Numbered from the stretch's first letter, positions 39,210 to 52,113 are shown. The stretch: 64,000 nt of DNA from Takakia lepidozioides (GCA_030704615.1 CM060734.1:2914001-2978000), one strand, 5' to 3'. The notes: generated by a model not told the origin, from the letters alone. Translations and numbers: made by a program.

Positions 39210-39624
39210 CACTTCATAGAGAGTTCTGCAATAGTGAGCGAAAAAGAGAACACCTTTTTTGGGGGGGCATTTTTTGATTGGTCCAAATTTTGGCGGGGGA
39301 GTAGCCGTGGGATGCTGGAAGCCGCAGAACAAAATTGAGCCAAAAACGAAATCGATACGTGCCAGAAACCCCCACTGAAAGGCAGTGCAAACCTATTTAT
39401 TGGCTTAAATAGATTTAAATTCAATTAAAAATGTGGAATGGCTTGAGGGGGGAGCGCGTCGATGGGGAGGCAAATGATTTATTCGTCTGTTGTGTGTCCG
39501 CACACGTGTTCAAGCACGTGCGGGCAAAAGAGGGGCTTCAACCACAACCGTTCAATGGGTGCAATTGGCCTGCACGCATTGCAGGATTTCTTTTTCGCAT
39601 TGAACAAAAACCAGATGATGACAA

Positions 39625-40015
39625 GTGAACGCCTCATTGGACAATGGAACGATTTTCGATTGATCTCGTATTACACTGGGACGTATCAGAGGGTGTACAT
39701 TGAACACACTGGCCAAGGTTTGAAAGCGAACGGGTATCATTTGGATGGGCAACCATCCGTTGGCCCATTGAACGAATTTCGATTGATCTCATATTACTCT
39801 GGGGCCTCTTACATGGCACATTGAACATAGTGGCCAAGTCTCGAAGCGAACCAAAATCATTTCGATGGCCAACCATCCGTTGAGCCATCGAATGAATTTT
39901 CGATTGATCTGATATTAGGGGGGGACTGTGAGAGGGTGTCTGGAAGTGCTGGCAAAGTTGGAAGCTAAAAAAAATGATTTGGATGGGCAACCATCCGTTC
40001 ACCCAGTTGAATGTA
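39625..40015. repeat. Degenerate ~120-bp tandem repeat, about 3 copies
   Basis: cgattgatct at 39657, 39780 and 39901; ggatgggcaaccatcc hairpin-like motif near 39741, 39863 and 39981. Confidence 0.8.
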
Positions 40016-40239
40016 TTTTGTTGGAGCTCCTATTGCTTTGGGAACTGTTGGACTGTGTTTCGCGTGCTGATTGTTTTTCATTCCGTTTTTGAATGGGGCG
40101 GTGATGTAGCCATATGCAATGTGCGTGCCAAATTTGGGAGCGATCAAAATTCATTTGGACCCAAAACCACAGTTTCTTCCCTGTTTTGCACTCCAAACTT
40201 GATTTGGCGTTCTACTTCATGCACTCTTCATAGAGAGTT

Positions 40240-40739
40240 NNNNNNNNNNNNNNNNNNNNNNNNNNNNNNNNNNNNNNNNNNNNNNNNNNNNNNNNNNNNN
40301 NNNNNNNNNNNNNNNNNNNNNNNNNNNNNNNNNNNNNNNNNNNNNNNNNNNNNNNNNNNNNNNNNNNNNNNNNNNNNNNNNNNNNNNNNNNNNNNNNNNN
40401 NNNNNNNNNNNNNNNNNNNNNNNNNNNNNNNNNNNNNNNNNNNNNNNNNNNNNNNNNNNNNNNNNNNNNNNNNNNNNNNNNNNNNNNNNNNNNNNNNNNN
40501 NNNNNNNNNNNNNNNNNNNNNNNNNNNNNNNNNNNNNNNNNNNNNNNNNNNNNNNNNNNNNNNNNNNNNNNNNNNNNNNNNNNNNNNNNNNNNNNNNNNN
40601 NNNNNNNNNNNNNNNNNNNNNNNNNNNNNNNNNNNNNNNNNNNNNNNNNNNNNNNNNNNNNNNNNNNNNNNNNNNNNNNNNNNNNNNNNNNNNNNNNNNN
40701 NNNNNNNNNNNNNNNNNNNNNNNNNNNNNNNNNNNNNNN
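40240..40739. other. Assembly gap (500 N)
   Basis: Run of n characters. Confidence 1.
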
Positions 40740-41294
40740 TTAAGTAGTGGGCCGAAGATTTTGTACTAGACATGAGATCATACCATCGTCGTCGTGCCAG
40801 ACGGAATTAGGTATAGCTATAACTTCTGTGACATGTCACATGATGTGTAGTATGTTTCCATGTATATCCATGTTTCAGTTTGGGTACTGCATCGTGTACG
40901 GAAATAAAATGGTGAATATGTGTACCCAAAAGGGTTTGGTGTTGTGCGTGTGTTTGTGTTTCGTCATTACCTTTACATTTGTTGATTTCCTATTATGGTT
41001 TCGAAAGCCACAAAAGCCAGGTGTAGCTCCCCACATTCATCTTCCTCTTCACAAATCCATGGGGAGTCGATACATGTGCTTTTCATCTGCCTCTCCAAAC
41101 ATACATACAGGTGCAAGGGGACCAATCTCCTGGTGTCGCACCTATTTAAAAAAAAACCAATTGTATGACCACCAGTAGCGGTCGTCGCAACTGTTAAAAT
41201 AAAAGAAAAATGTTGCGACCACCCATCGTCCCTCCCTCCTTGGGCTCAGTGTACTCAATATAAGCTCATTATCGTAAAGCAGGTGCCATTCCAA

Positions 41295-44200
41295 TGCTGA
41301 TGCCATCTACTGTTTCAAACTGCCACCATACCGCTTCACCCCTGCTCCAAGATGGCTCCAATGAGATCGCTTCTCTCTTTAACCCCTGTTTCTTCTGGTT
41401 TTTACAACCACATTTGCATGTGTATAGTTAAGCTATGAAGATACAAGGATACAAAATAGCAGTTATTACTCTAACTGCCTTGATACTTGGCTCTGAATGA
41501 AACTTCTTGGTATGACTCTGATGGATCAAAAGGATAGGCTTTGATAGATAACACACATTCTTCAAGGCCCTCATATCATTTTGGTTTCATGGCTTGATAA
41601 CAAACAGGGGTTTCTGAGCTGCTCTTTCACCTTGGCAGAACTATTTTTATGAGGCCTTAAATACCATTCTAGGCCTATACCTGCTTAAGGGGGCTCTACC
41701 CTTTTGTTTCTTCTTCTTTTTTAAGAATCTTGCTTATATCTTGGTTCTAAAACATCATCTTCAAACCAACCTGCAATCTGGTTTTGAAATGAGTTTGAAA
41801 TGAATTTTTGAGATGATGATGCATACTATGGTGCTTCATGATATGAATGACTTGAATCCCACCTCCCGCCCTATTTTTTTCAGAACCCTAAAATGTAATG
41901 GGGTATTCAAATGAGATTGTAAACATGAAAGGGATGGTAGATGGTGCCCTGTAAAGGCTGTTTTGTCTTTCAATGACAATGACCTTAGCGGTCTTGTCCA
42001 TGTCTTGACATGACATGCTATCTTCCCCTCTTTATTTGATCAGTGTACTTAGTGGTTTTTTTACAAACAAGCATCTACCCTACCCTTCTCCTTTTCACCT
42101 TCTCATTTTGATATATTGACAAATGTTCTCGGGGGGCTTTGACAGAAAGTCACCAAAGGAGGTCCTAGCTGGAATGAGGACCTCATAGCCCTGGGGTATC
42201 AGTCCCCACTACCCCTCCTCCATTCCTGCTGGCAGGCAACCCTCGCACAAGTCACACCAAGTGACTTCCATGCTGCATTGCAAAAGATGGATACTGAGGC
42301 CATGGAAAATTCAGGTGATGAAAACCCTGTGTTATTACTTGAAACCTTGGCTTTGGAAATTGGGGTGGCACTTGGCATCATGGCAAATAAGAATGGCAGG
42401 TACCTGGAGAAGCTCCAGGAATTAAAATGATTGAGGTACTGGAAGATGATGCCGAGGAGCTGATACAATGGGAAAAGAAGGGATCAGCCATTGAGGCAGC
42501 TCTTAGAATGGCGAACCCAGAAGATGACCAGATTGTCTCCACGCATAAATCTACAAACACATCTGAAAAAGACTTCATCCCTTCTGTAAGTAATCACCCA
42601 ATCCTTGGGCACATTATTTTACCGGATGAAGAAAAAGAGGCAGTGAGAGAATTCTCTGTGAACAAGTAGAAATCTCACAAGTGGAACTAGAAAGGGCAGC
42701 AGGTGCCACTCCTGGAAATCTGCATTTGTCTCTTGGTTGCCTCCCCGTGCAGTTGAATTAGAGGTTGCCAATAACGACCACATGATGTGGCACCCACATG
42801 CTAATATCAATTTATTGGCACCCATTTCTATTGAAATGTGGGTCAAATGGGGCAACATAACTCTTGCTGAACGCAGTAGATGTGCACAGGATGCTAAGGA
42901 GGGTTTTCAGAGAATAAAAAAGGAACCTATTGCTGTGGCATGGCCACTAAGGACCTTCTACTACAAGCTCTGTGACAAAGGTGAGAACCTTACCTTGAGA
43001 CACAAAAATGACTTGCCGACTGGTTCGGCCAGATCCAAAAATCACAAGAGTCAACTCTATCAACTGGCATCGTCCCTACATAAGATGTAACTGTGGACAA
43101 GGGGGGCACCCTCTTCTTGCATTGGGAGTGTTGTTTGGTTTGACCATATGGTATGGTATATGCTGAACAATCTGATTGTGTTCTTCCTTCCCTGATGATG
43201 CCTATCCTTCGGTGCAAACCAAGTATTAACAGCTTTCTGGTGTGGATCATGCGGGCTGCCAGATCTGCTGTACTTGCACAAATTACCTTCCAGAAGATGG
43301 CTGACCCGGGGCTTCTCATAATGGAAGCAGTTCTTCTGAATTGACCCACAAGCCAAGTGCTTGGGAAGTTAGGAGAATCCAAGGGGCCAGATACATTGAG
43401 AAACTTGTGAAACCTGGGTCTTTTTCAGACAGCCTTCCCAGGCCACAATTCAATAGCTACAAAACGACAGCGTATGGAGGGGCAGACGCCTCCTCAACAA
43501 GGCAAGAACAATGCCACTCGAGGCAAAGGCACCCCTAGTCGTGGAAGAGTCTCTACCAAAGAGGAGGACGCTCTGGCAGGGGACAATACTCTACCACACC
43601 TCTGAGAATTCAAGAGCAACGAATCGGTCATCACTTGGGGGTTCGGGTGCTAATTCCAGTACCACCATCAACAACATCGCCAGCCAGGAGTCATACAAGA
43701 CTCGTTGTATCACTGACGAGTTCTCCCCAATACGCAAACGAGATTTTGGATCATGGACAGATCTTTAAAAATCTCATTTTTGGTATGTTCCTTCTACTTT
43801 GTATGTGCAAATGCGTTGTTTGGTCTTGAGGATGGTTGCAGACAAATTGAAACTCATGCCCATGGCAGGAAATTCATAAAACAGGCAGCAAAACCTGCTC
43901 CCTTGGGATTCATTCATATGTTGTACCCAAACCGTGGTATGGAGTGGATAAACCCTAGGAACTTGATAAAAGAAGCTTTTTTGGAATTTGGACAAAATGA
44001 CTTGGCTATTCTCATCGATGAGATAGTTTTTGGATGGACATATCATAAACAAAGCAGCTCTGAATACTATCAGCCTGCTGCTGTTTTCCGTGATTTTTGC
44101 TTTATGCAAGACCTAATTCACTCACCAGATTGTCTATGTGACAGTGCCAAGAGGTTTCATGATTTTTGGGATGTGGATACAAAAACAGAATTCCATCTAT

Positions 44201-47200
44201 CTGGTTCTACACCTACGCAACACGTACGTACCATGGACCTGAATATTATTAGACACGCAAGGCTGAAAGAACTATTCAGCCTAGGTATGAATCACATCCC
44301 TCTCAAACGTACTTTGCTGAAAGACGTTGTTGAACAAGTGTCTTTGGCTTTCCACAGAACCTGTGAAATTTTACATGTAGACCCATGTGAATCTTGGGCC
44401 GCAACCTGCAGCCAATGGGTAAAAAATACATGTTGGGATAGATTGAAACAAAAAGCCGGCAGAGGAAGGTACGACTTCACTCACCATGAGCGCAATCCTC
44501 TTACTGTAAAAGAGGCAAAAGATGAACTTTCATGGCTTCTCAATCACCTGTATTTTTCTGGTCTTGACAAGGCTAACAACAACGTATGTTTTATGTGTGT
44601 AAAGCACATAAGAACTCAAGCCTTCCACAGATTGATGGGTAAAGACTTTACACCATGCAAGCAAGCTGAGGTATGGCTGCCACCTGACCTTGTTCTAGGA
44701 AACATTTCCGTGGAAATACAGAGTCTGATTCCGGAGATACCTGCTCCCTCCTATAGACTACCTTACATTATGGGAATCTACAAGCTACATAAGAAAAAAT
44801 ACAGATGGATTACCAATGCCCATAAATGTGTTTTCAGTGAACTAGCTAGCCTTCTTACAAGGGCTACCATGGATCTTCTACCATTGGTAAAAGAATGGGC
44901 CAAGACAAGGCTGGATACTTATGAGCAATTTTTCAAAGTATCTACTGCTATGTATTGGATTATTGACTCCATCACTGACTTTACACTAAACCTGCCTGAA
45001 AAAGTCCATAACATCTTTGTTGCTGACATTACACAATGCTATGAGAACATACCTTTGACAGGATAGGATAACTTAGGGGACGCCGTTGAATACGTGGTGA
45101 AGATTGCATTCCAGCAACACCATCGGTCTCACCCCCGAGCACGTCATACTCTATGGATTCTAGCCAAAAACGGTACTTTCGGAAAAAGTAGATGGGGCAC
45201 GTCTTCCCCAAAACCAGGTACCTGGATTGAACATTCTGAAGTCAAGCTACTTATGCTCCACAAATGGCTTATGTCACACTGTTTTGTCGCCTTAGGGGAC
45301 CGTGTGTGGCAGCAGATTTCTGGAATACCTATGGGTTTTTCATGCTCACCATTATGGTGCAACATGTACTTCATTTCTTATGAAATCAAATTCATCTTAA
45401 GGCTTGCAGCTTTAGGACAATTCCAGCTTATGCCTATGTTTAAATCTGCCTTCAGATACATTGATGATATATGCTGGCTGAATGTGGATGATGCAATGTT
45501 ATTCCTGGACCCATGGGCAGACAGAAGCAGCAACAACCCTTGGTGGATCTACCCACTCAATGTAGTGGAGATCAAACCTGAGCTACTACGCACTAAAACC
45601 GATTCCCAATACGTGGGGTTGGAAGCTTGTTTCATGAATATCCAGATTACAGTCTCAAACAGTGACACAGGTGAGTTCCATTTCCAGAAATATGACAAGA
45701 GAAGACTACTTCCTTTCTCTTACACTCAATATATCAAGTTCTTATCCAATAGGCCTGTGAATCAGTCTTATAACATTGTGATTTCACAAGCTGTGCCTAT
45801 TCTATACATTTCCAGCAATGCTGATTTGGTTGGGAAGGAGTGTAGCATTCTGATTAACACTCTTGGGAGGAATGGTTTCAAGACCAGAAAACTTGCTCGT
45901 ATCTTGACAAAATTCCTTGAACGTGGTTCATTCCCTGGCCTGCTCTTCCCTGTACAAGAGCTTATTGAGAAACTGAAAGGTACTTTCTAAAAACTTATAC
46001 AGAGCTAAGTTATACCATTGAACTCTCCGTTCTTTTCTAGTGATACTATACTAGTTTTGCTATGATACATTTTATGCCATCGTTTCATTCTTGATCCGAG
46101 GAAGTGAGGATGTAGGATTCTACTCCTTTGGATAATATAATCTGAGGACAGAACTACATGGAAGAGGGAAAACCTTATGAGAAGAGGTCTGGTATGCACT
46201 CCCTTACGGGGTGAGTGCATACCATACTCACTCCGTAAGGTTCTGCCATGCCAGGGGATTGGCTGGTGGGTCCCTCTCTCTCCCTCTCTCCCTCTCCCTC
46301 TATAACTCTTTGGATTTCATCTGACCTTAACCTTTTGAGGTTATTTAGTTTTTCATCCTAGCCTTTTTCATCCAAATTTGGATGATTTTATTATAGGGTG
46401 ATGAAATTTAATGTACAGAAAGCTGGATTTACCATCTATTTCTTTCATCTAAACTGGATGATCTACATAAATAATGGTTACCTATTATAAAATCCAAGAG
46501 AATAATAAAACTACCATCATAAATGATGGCAGTTATTAAACCTAAGCCTATACCATAACCCTAAAAGATACATTTCTATGGGATGTCATCCATTGACAAG
46601 GTGCCTCTCTTGGTAAAATGTGATTTTTCATCCACCCTGGATGAAAAATCGGGAAGTTTTGCCCTAAGCAGGCCGACACACTTCACACCACTGTACTCGT
46701 GCTTCAGTGAACCTTGATGATGCGCCGTATAAACCTGCTCCCCTGCTGCTACATGGTACTCGTGATGGCTGGCTCTTGGGATGCGCATTGGTGGTTAAAC
46801 AGATTCTTCTCTGGCAGACGACAAAGCGGTGATCGCTTTGATCAGAAACTCATGGTTCTTTATTTTGCAGCGACGCTTTTACTCCTTGTTGGGAAGTACT
46901 CTATACCTATGTATCTACAGATTACATGTTGCTCTCTCTTTGTGTATGAGCCATTCTCTATCTGTGAACACTTCTACTCTGATTGCGTTCTGTTGGAGAC
47001 GATCTGTTGGACGCCATGACGCAGGGCATACCACAAACACTCAAGGTTTTTTGAGTTTACTTTTGCTTGAATTGTGATCTATACTTGCTTTAGAATTCAA
47101 CACTGACATGGATAGCAACTGTGAAGACCTGCCATTTACCTGCTGCATCCTCACTAACACACATCGCTATGTGGTGGTTTGTGGGACGGGCACAGATGAG

Positions 47201-47942
47201 GGTCTTCACTTGTCTTGATTTCATGAAAGCTTGCAACTCCTGTTCTTGCAAATGTGGATTCTGCTGCTGCCTATGCTGCTGATGCCATCTACTATTTCAA
47301 ACTGCCACCATACCGCTTCAGACCTGCTCCAAGATGGCTCCAATGAGGATCTGCGTCTCTCCTTACCCCTGTTTCTGGTTTTTTACAACCGCATTTGCAT
47401 GTGTAGGAGTTAAGCTATGAAGGATACAAGGATACAAAATAGCAGTTATTACTCTAACTGCCTTGATACTTGGCTCTGAAATGAAACTTCTTGGTATGAC
47501 TCTGATGGATCAAAAGGATAGGCTTTGATAGATAACACACATTCTTCAAGGCCCTCATATCATTTTGGTTTCATGGCTTGATAACAAACAGGGGTTTCTG
47601 AGCTGCTCTTTCACCTTGGCAGAACTATTTTATGAGGCCTTAAAATACCATTCTGGGCCTATACCTGCTTAAGGGGGCTCTACCCTTTTGTTTCTTCTTT
47701 CTTTTTTAAGAATCTTGCTTATATCTTGGTTCTAAAACATCATCTTCAAACCAAACCTGCAATCTGGTTTTTGAAATGAGTTTGAAATGAATTTTTGAGA
47801 TGATGATGCATACTATGGTGCTTTCATGATATGAATGACTTGGAATCCCACCCTCCCGCCCTGTTTTTTCAGAGACCCTGAAATGTAATGGGGTATTCAA
47901 ATGAGATTGTAAACATGAAAGTGAATGTTAGATGGTGCCCTG
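41295..47942 (+). mobile_element. Penelope-like retroelement with ~660-bp terminal direct repeats (pseudo-LTRs)
   Basis: Near-identical direct repeats 41295-41951 and 47277-47942 without TG..CA ends or a PBS, flanking a PLE-type RT. The right repeat is cut by the MULE terminus at 47942. Confidence 0.85.
43753..45990 (+). pseudogene. Penelope-type reverse transcriptase with one in-frame TAG (45064-45066)
   Basis: DKANNN, LPYIMGIYKLHK..YRWIT, VADITQCYENIP, WQQISGIPMGFSCSPLWCNMY, FRYIDDI and YDKRR. ORFs 43753-45066 and 45094-45990 share a frame. No C-terminal GIY-YIG. Confidence 0.9.
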
Positions 47943-48253
47943 GGGGGCTGCTATTTCATGAGCGGCATGAGCATGGGCGGAAAAAAAAAAAACATGAGCA
48001 GACCATTGTGAGTCCACGGAAATAGGGTTAGGAGGCACGGAAATAGGGTCATGTGAAGTTGGAATGTGGCACCAGTGGACTTGAAATGCAACATTTCATT
48101 GCAAATTTTGTGGCAAGCCACGTCTATACAAGTGTGTTCTAACTGTCATAGCCGGAATGGGCACTACTCTCCTACACCCTCCGAGGAACTTGCCCCACCT
48201 TCTTCCTCATCCCCCTCATCCCCCTCATCCTCCGAGCTCTGTGATGCATCAGT

Positions 48254-51200
48254 TCAACTATGCCTCTCAAAAATCCCGTCCTCTCCTTGGGGGACTGTCC
48301 ACCTCACCTCCTGGGAATCTTCTGCGTCTTCTCCCCCACTTTCCTCAGCAGAATCCAAGACAAATATACGAGCCCGACGGGCTCTAATAGCTGCTGCCTC
48401 CTCCCTCATCTTCATTTTCTTGAGGCTTGCCTCGTCTAAAATCTGATGTACACGACTAGGTTCGGAACACCTCCTAATGGACACCGAAGCAAGCCGGGCA
48501 GCATAAGTAGGAAGGATGTACTCCCTTTCTGGACTAGGCATGAAATCCCCCCTGGCAAAAAAAGGCACCTTCCTCCTGCCCATGAACTCCGGTGTAGATA
48601 TCCCTCCGGTAGTACTTGGCATCCTACAGTAAGAACAAATCCACTTCAAGAATGTCAATACCAGCACAACCAGAAAGGGTTTTCAATGAAATAAGAGAGC
48701 AGAGGGAGGTGCCTCACGAAATCTGGAGGCAACTTACAATGCCACCACTCACTCGTAAACCGGGGGCTCCTCGGCCTCGATCCCAACTTCCTCCCCCTGC
48801 TCCTTCTCGGATTTTTCCTCATCCTCCGAGGATGCCTCTTCCTCTTTCGGCAGACGTTCAGCCGCTGCAAGTTCCGAGTTGTGGAGGGCAATATCTGGCT
48901 CGAAGGCGAACACATGCCTGTCGGACAACATCCCTGCCCACATTGAAGCACCTGAGGAACAAAGCGGGCGGTTAATAGCTTGCGGCATGCAATTGCATTT
49001 GGGCTTGGGGACAAACTGAGCACGTGAAGGCTTACCCGTGCCGCATGTGAGGTCTAGAATCCGCCCTTGGACATCCGAGCACGTCTCCATGAGGGTTTGG
49101 ATGAAAGCAGGGCTCCGGGTCCGGCTGTACCGCCACGGTTTGCCTATCTTTGTGTCCTTTGGCATACTAGAGTGGGGCACATAGTTGTAGAGGACATCGT
49201 AGGTTACAGGGTCCACAGCGGCATCAACAAGACGACCGTCGTTGCGGAATTTGAACGTAGACCCTCTCTTCACAAAGCAATATGCCTCAAACACCAATGT
49301 CTGCACATCCAACAAAGAAGGGATCAACTCCAAGGTCTACTTAACATACACCACAATATGAAGTGAATGCAATAGATTGATAACTTACACTTTGGCCCTC
49401 TGTTCGCAACCCCTGTGTACTGATGCAGAACCATTTTCTGAGGAGGACCGGGGTGACACTTTTCGGTGTCCACCTTGCCACCGCATTCTCTGTGGTCTTC
49501 CCTCTCGTGGCAAGGACAACCACACATCCACCGTCATCCAGAAGCATCCCCGCCAGCCCAAGCCGGCTTTCCAGTAGTCCTCAGTAAACCTGTTCCAGGT
49601 GGGCACACCATCCAGGCCCTCCAGCAGCTCCCCATCTGGAATGTCGAGGAGAATCATGTCGCAAGCTCTCTCCACCTCAACACACCCCCCCCCCCCCCGA
49701 GTGCTCTTGCAATTCGTGCTCACAGCCGTGAAGAATTCCATCATGGCTTCAAAACCAGGGGTGTCTTTAGGCTCTGTACCGCCAGCCCTCTTCTTGGCTT
49801 TCCCCTTCTGCTCCGCCAGAGACTTGTTGTGTGCCACCTTCTTCGCCGTGGTAGCGAGAGCGTCAAGGAAGCTCTCATTGACGCATTGATGATGGTTGGA
49901 GGTTCTAGCTTTGGCCTGTGCGTAAACGTCACCGCCGAATACCGCCGTGTAGGCTCGCCCTCAAATGCCAACTTCTTGGCAGAGCCAGTCCCACTCCGAA
50001 CTGACTTGGGAACCCGGACGACCGGTGACTGGGTAGAAGCAACAACAGTCGCAGGACCTTGAACAAAGTCGTCGTCCGAGTCACTCTCTTGGGTCCCCTC
50101 CTGCGCCTCCTCTGATGCCCCGATGGTTTTCTTTTTTTTGGGTGTTACTGCACTCACCTGTTTCCTTGTCCTTTTCCTTTGGCCTTTACTCTTCTCATGC
50201 AATTTCTCCTGAATTCCTGCCTGAGCAAGCTTTGCCGCTTTCCTGGAGTTCGCAAGCGCTTTTGCCTCTTTTGCACCCAACGGAGGCAGCGGAGCCCGGT
50301 TTCGTCGGAATTCAGCATCCAGCTTCAATTGAAACTCGGATGGGTCGAGCGAGCCGGGCGGAAGGTCCACATACCAAGGGCAATCACGCAAATGTTCCAG
50401 ATGCCACTCCTTCACAATATCGTCAGTGTACATGGAGTCAGCCCCAGGGTTCCTCCATGCCAGGAAGAATGGTGGCTCGAAAGACAGATGACCTTTCTCC
50501 AAAAGGGAGAACTTGCAGTACCTGCATTCATGAAAAACACAATGAGGTCCCTGAAATGCATATTCGGCACCATTTTCCCAGGTTGGGGCGGATGTGAGTG
50601 GGCCTAGAAATGGAAAAATGGCGCCGAATTTCGGTTTTCGGTGACTGCCACCCTAGGGACTTAGCCAACTTGGGAGCCCTGAACTGGAAATTCGGCGCCA
50701 TTTTTCCCGGTTTGGCCCGAAGATGGCTAAGTCCCAGAACCGCAATAGGGCCTAGAACTGGAAAAATGGCGCCGAATTTCCAGTTCAGGGCGAGCCACCC
50801 TAGGGACTTAGCCCGAAAATGGCTAAGTCCCTGAACGACAATAGGGCCTAGAACTGGAAAATGGCGCCGAATTTCCAGTTCCGGGCCAGCCAGTCTAGGG
50901 ACTTAGCCCGAAAATGGCCAAGTCCCTAAACGGCAATAGGGCCTAGAACTGGAAAATGGCGCCGAATTTCCAGTTCAGGGCCAGCCAGTCTAGGGACTTA
51001 GCCATTTTCGGAGCCCTGACTGGAAATTCGGCGCCATTTTCCCTAACACCACATGAGGCCTCTAACATCCTGAAATGCAAGGACTTGAAAGAAAGGCAGC
51101 GCGTATGTACCTGTACAGAAGGCGCATTGCTGCTTTGTCCGCGTTCGGTTGGTTGGTGAACTCGTGGCTCCGGCGAGCATCTGCTATCTCCCGAAAGAAT

Positions 51201-52113
51201 AGGTCGGTTTTGTAGAGCAGAAAGTACCTCGTTACATAGTCATGTAGGCTCTCTGCTGCAGGAGATATCTCCATCTTGAATTGATGTGCTTGTGTGTCCA
51301 GCTGCTCTTGCGCATTCGTCGTCACCTGTGGAGATTCTCCATCAGATCGCTTTCCTGAAAAAATACAATGAATCCACCCCCTACTAGAGTAGAAGCCCCA
51401 AACGAAGCGTGGGGAAGTACCTGAAACCACCATGTCATGCGGTTCATCCACATGTCGAATGTGGGGTCAGAGAGTTTGTCCGGTTTGGGGAAGCTCCACA
51501 TGTCCCTGGTACTTTGGGAACCATTCCAGATTTGGAGCCACCGGGTCTGTCCAACCACCCAGCATATTCGTAAGCGCCAAACACCACAAAAAGGAGTTGT
51601 TGCCACCACAATCTGGTTAAGAATGTATCACCTTTTCTGTTGCATCCACACAGGATGTGGCTAGACGATGGAGCTTCTCCAATGTCATCGTGGGCTTCAG
51701 AGCGCGAGAGTAGTGCTTCCCCTGTCGCGGCCCTTTTGCCTTGAGGGCAGGGGGTCGGGACACATGAGGGGCTACCCCTGTGGTGGGGGCAGCGGCAGCG
51801 ATAGGTATGGGGGGCTGAAGCACCCTTGAGTGCCCAAGGCACTGAAGGAGGCGGAGGCGCTCACTAGGTGGAGCCCCGCACACCGGGTTGCGGTGGGGGT
51901 GGCTCCACAATGGGTGGTGGTAGCTTAGCGGGACTTAGTGGGGGTGGCATAGGACTCACCATGGGGGCGGAGACCTCGTGGTCGGAGTCGTGGGGAGTCT
52001 TGGGACTCAGCACGGTCCATAGGGGCCGTGGTGAGTGGGCCAAGACTCACCGCGACTCATCACCGGGAGTCGAGGGTTTTCGTGGTGGTTCGCCATAAAA
52101 TGGCATGGCTGGT
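48254..52113 (-). pseudogene. Multi-exon gene ending in a beta-class N4C/N6A DNA methyltransferase-like domain (stops and frameshifts present)
   Basis: Motif-IV-like CDMILLDIPDG (~49631-49663) precedes motif X/I RSPAFIQTLMETCSDVQGRILDLTCGTG-ASMWAGMLSDRHVFAFEPD, which is reconstituted by GT-AG intron 49035-48952. Further in-frame introns at 51110-50522 and 49388-49301. Confidence 0.75.
50560..51045. repeat. Intronic array of GGCGCC-core palindromic repeats
   Basis: Cores at 50566, 50620, 50694, 50768, 50863, 50958 and 51030, with hairpins aactggaaaatggcgccgaatttccagtt and gggacttagcc-N7-ggctaagtccc. Confidence 0.9.

Larger units (their letters stand above)
47942..52113 (-). mobile_element. 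MULE-like transposon copy A (methyltransferase-side end), interrupted by a gypsy LTR at 52114
   Basis: Terminus GGGGGGCTGCTATTTCATGAGCGGCATGAGC at 47942 matches the terminus at 55531 and truncates the Penelope repeat. It shares the GAAATTCGGCGCC repeat motif with copy B. Confidence 0.75.

Noticed and set aside
39974-40773. ORFs spanning the N run
   Set aside because: Artefacts of the assembly gap.
45064-45066. Programmed readthrough or selenocysteine in the Penelope RT
   Set aside because: The stop is TAG, not TGA, land plants lack the Sec machinery, and a simple point mutation explains it.
41295-47942. Hammerhead ribozyme in the Penelope repeats
   Set aside because: No convincing CUGANGA...GAAA core with supporting stems was found by eye. 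The closest match (cagatgag...gaaa near 47193-47230) is not adequate.
37285-52113. Bacterial or phage contamination as the source of ParB and MTase
   Set aside because: Both segments carry in-frame GT-AG introns and are nested with plant retrotransposons.
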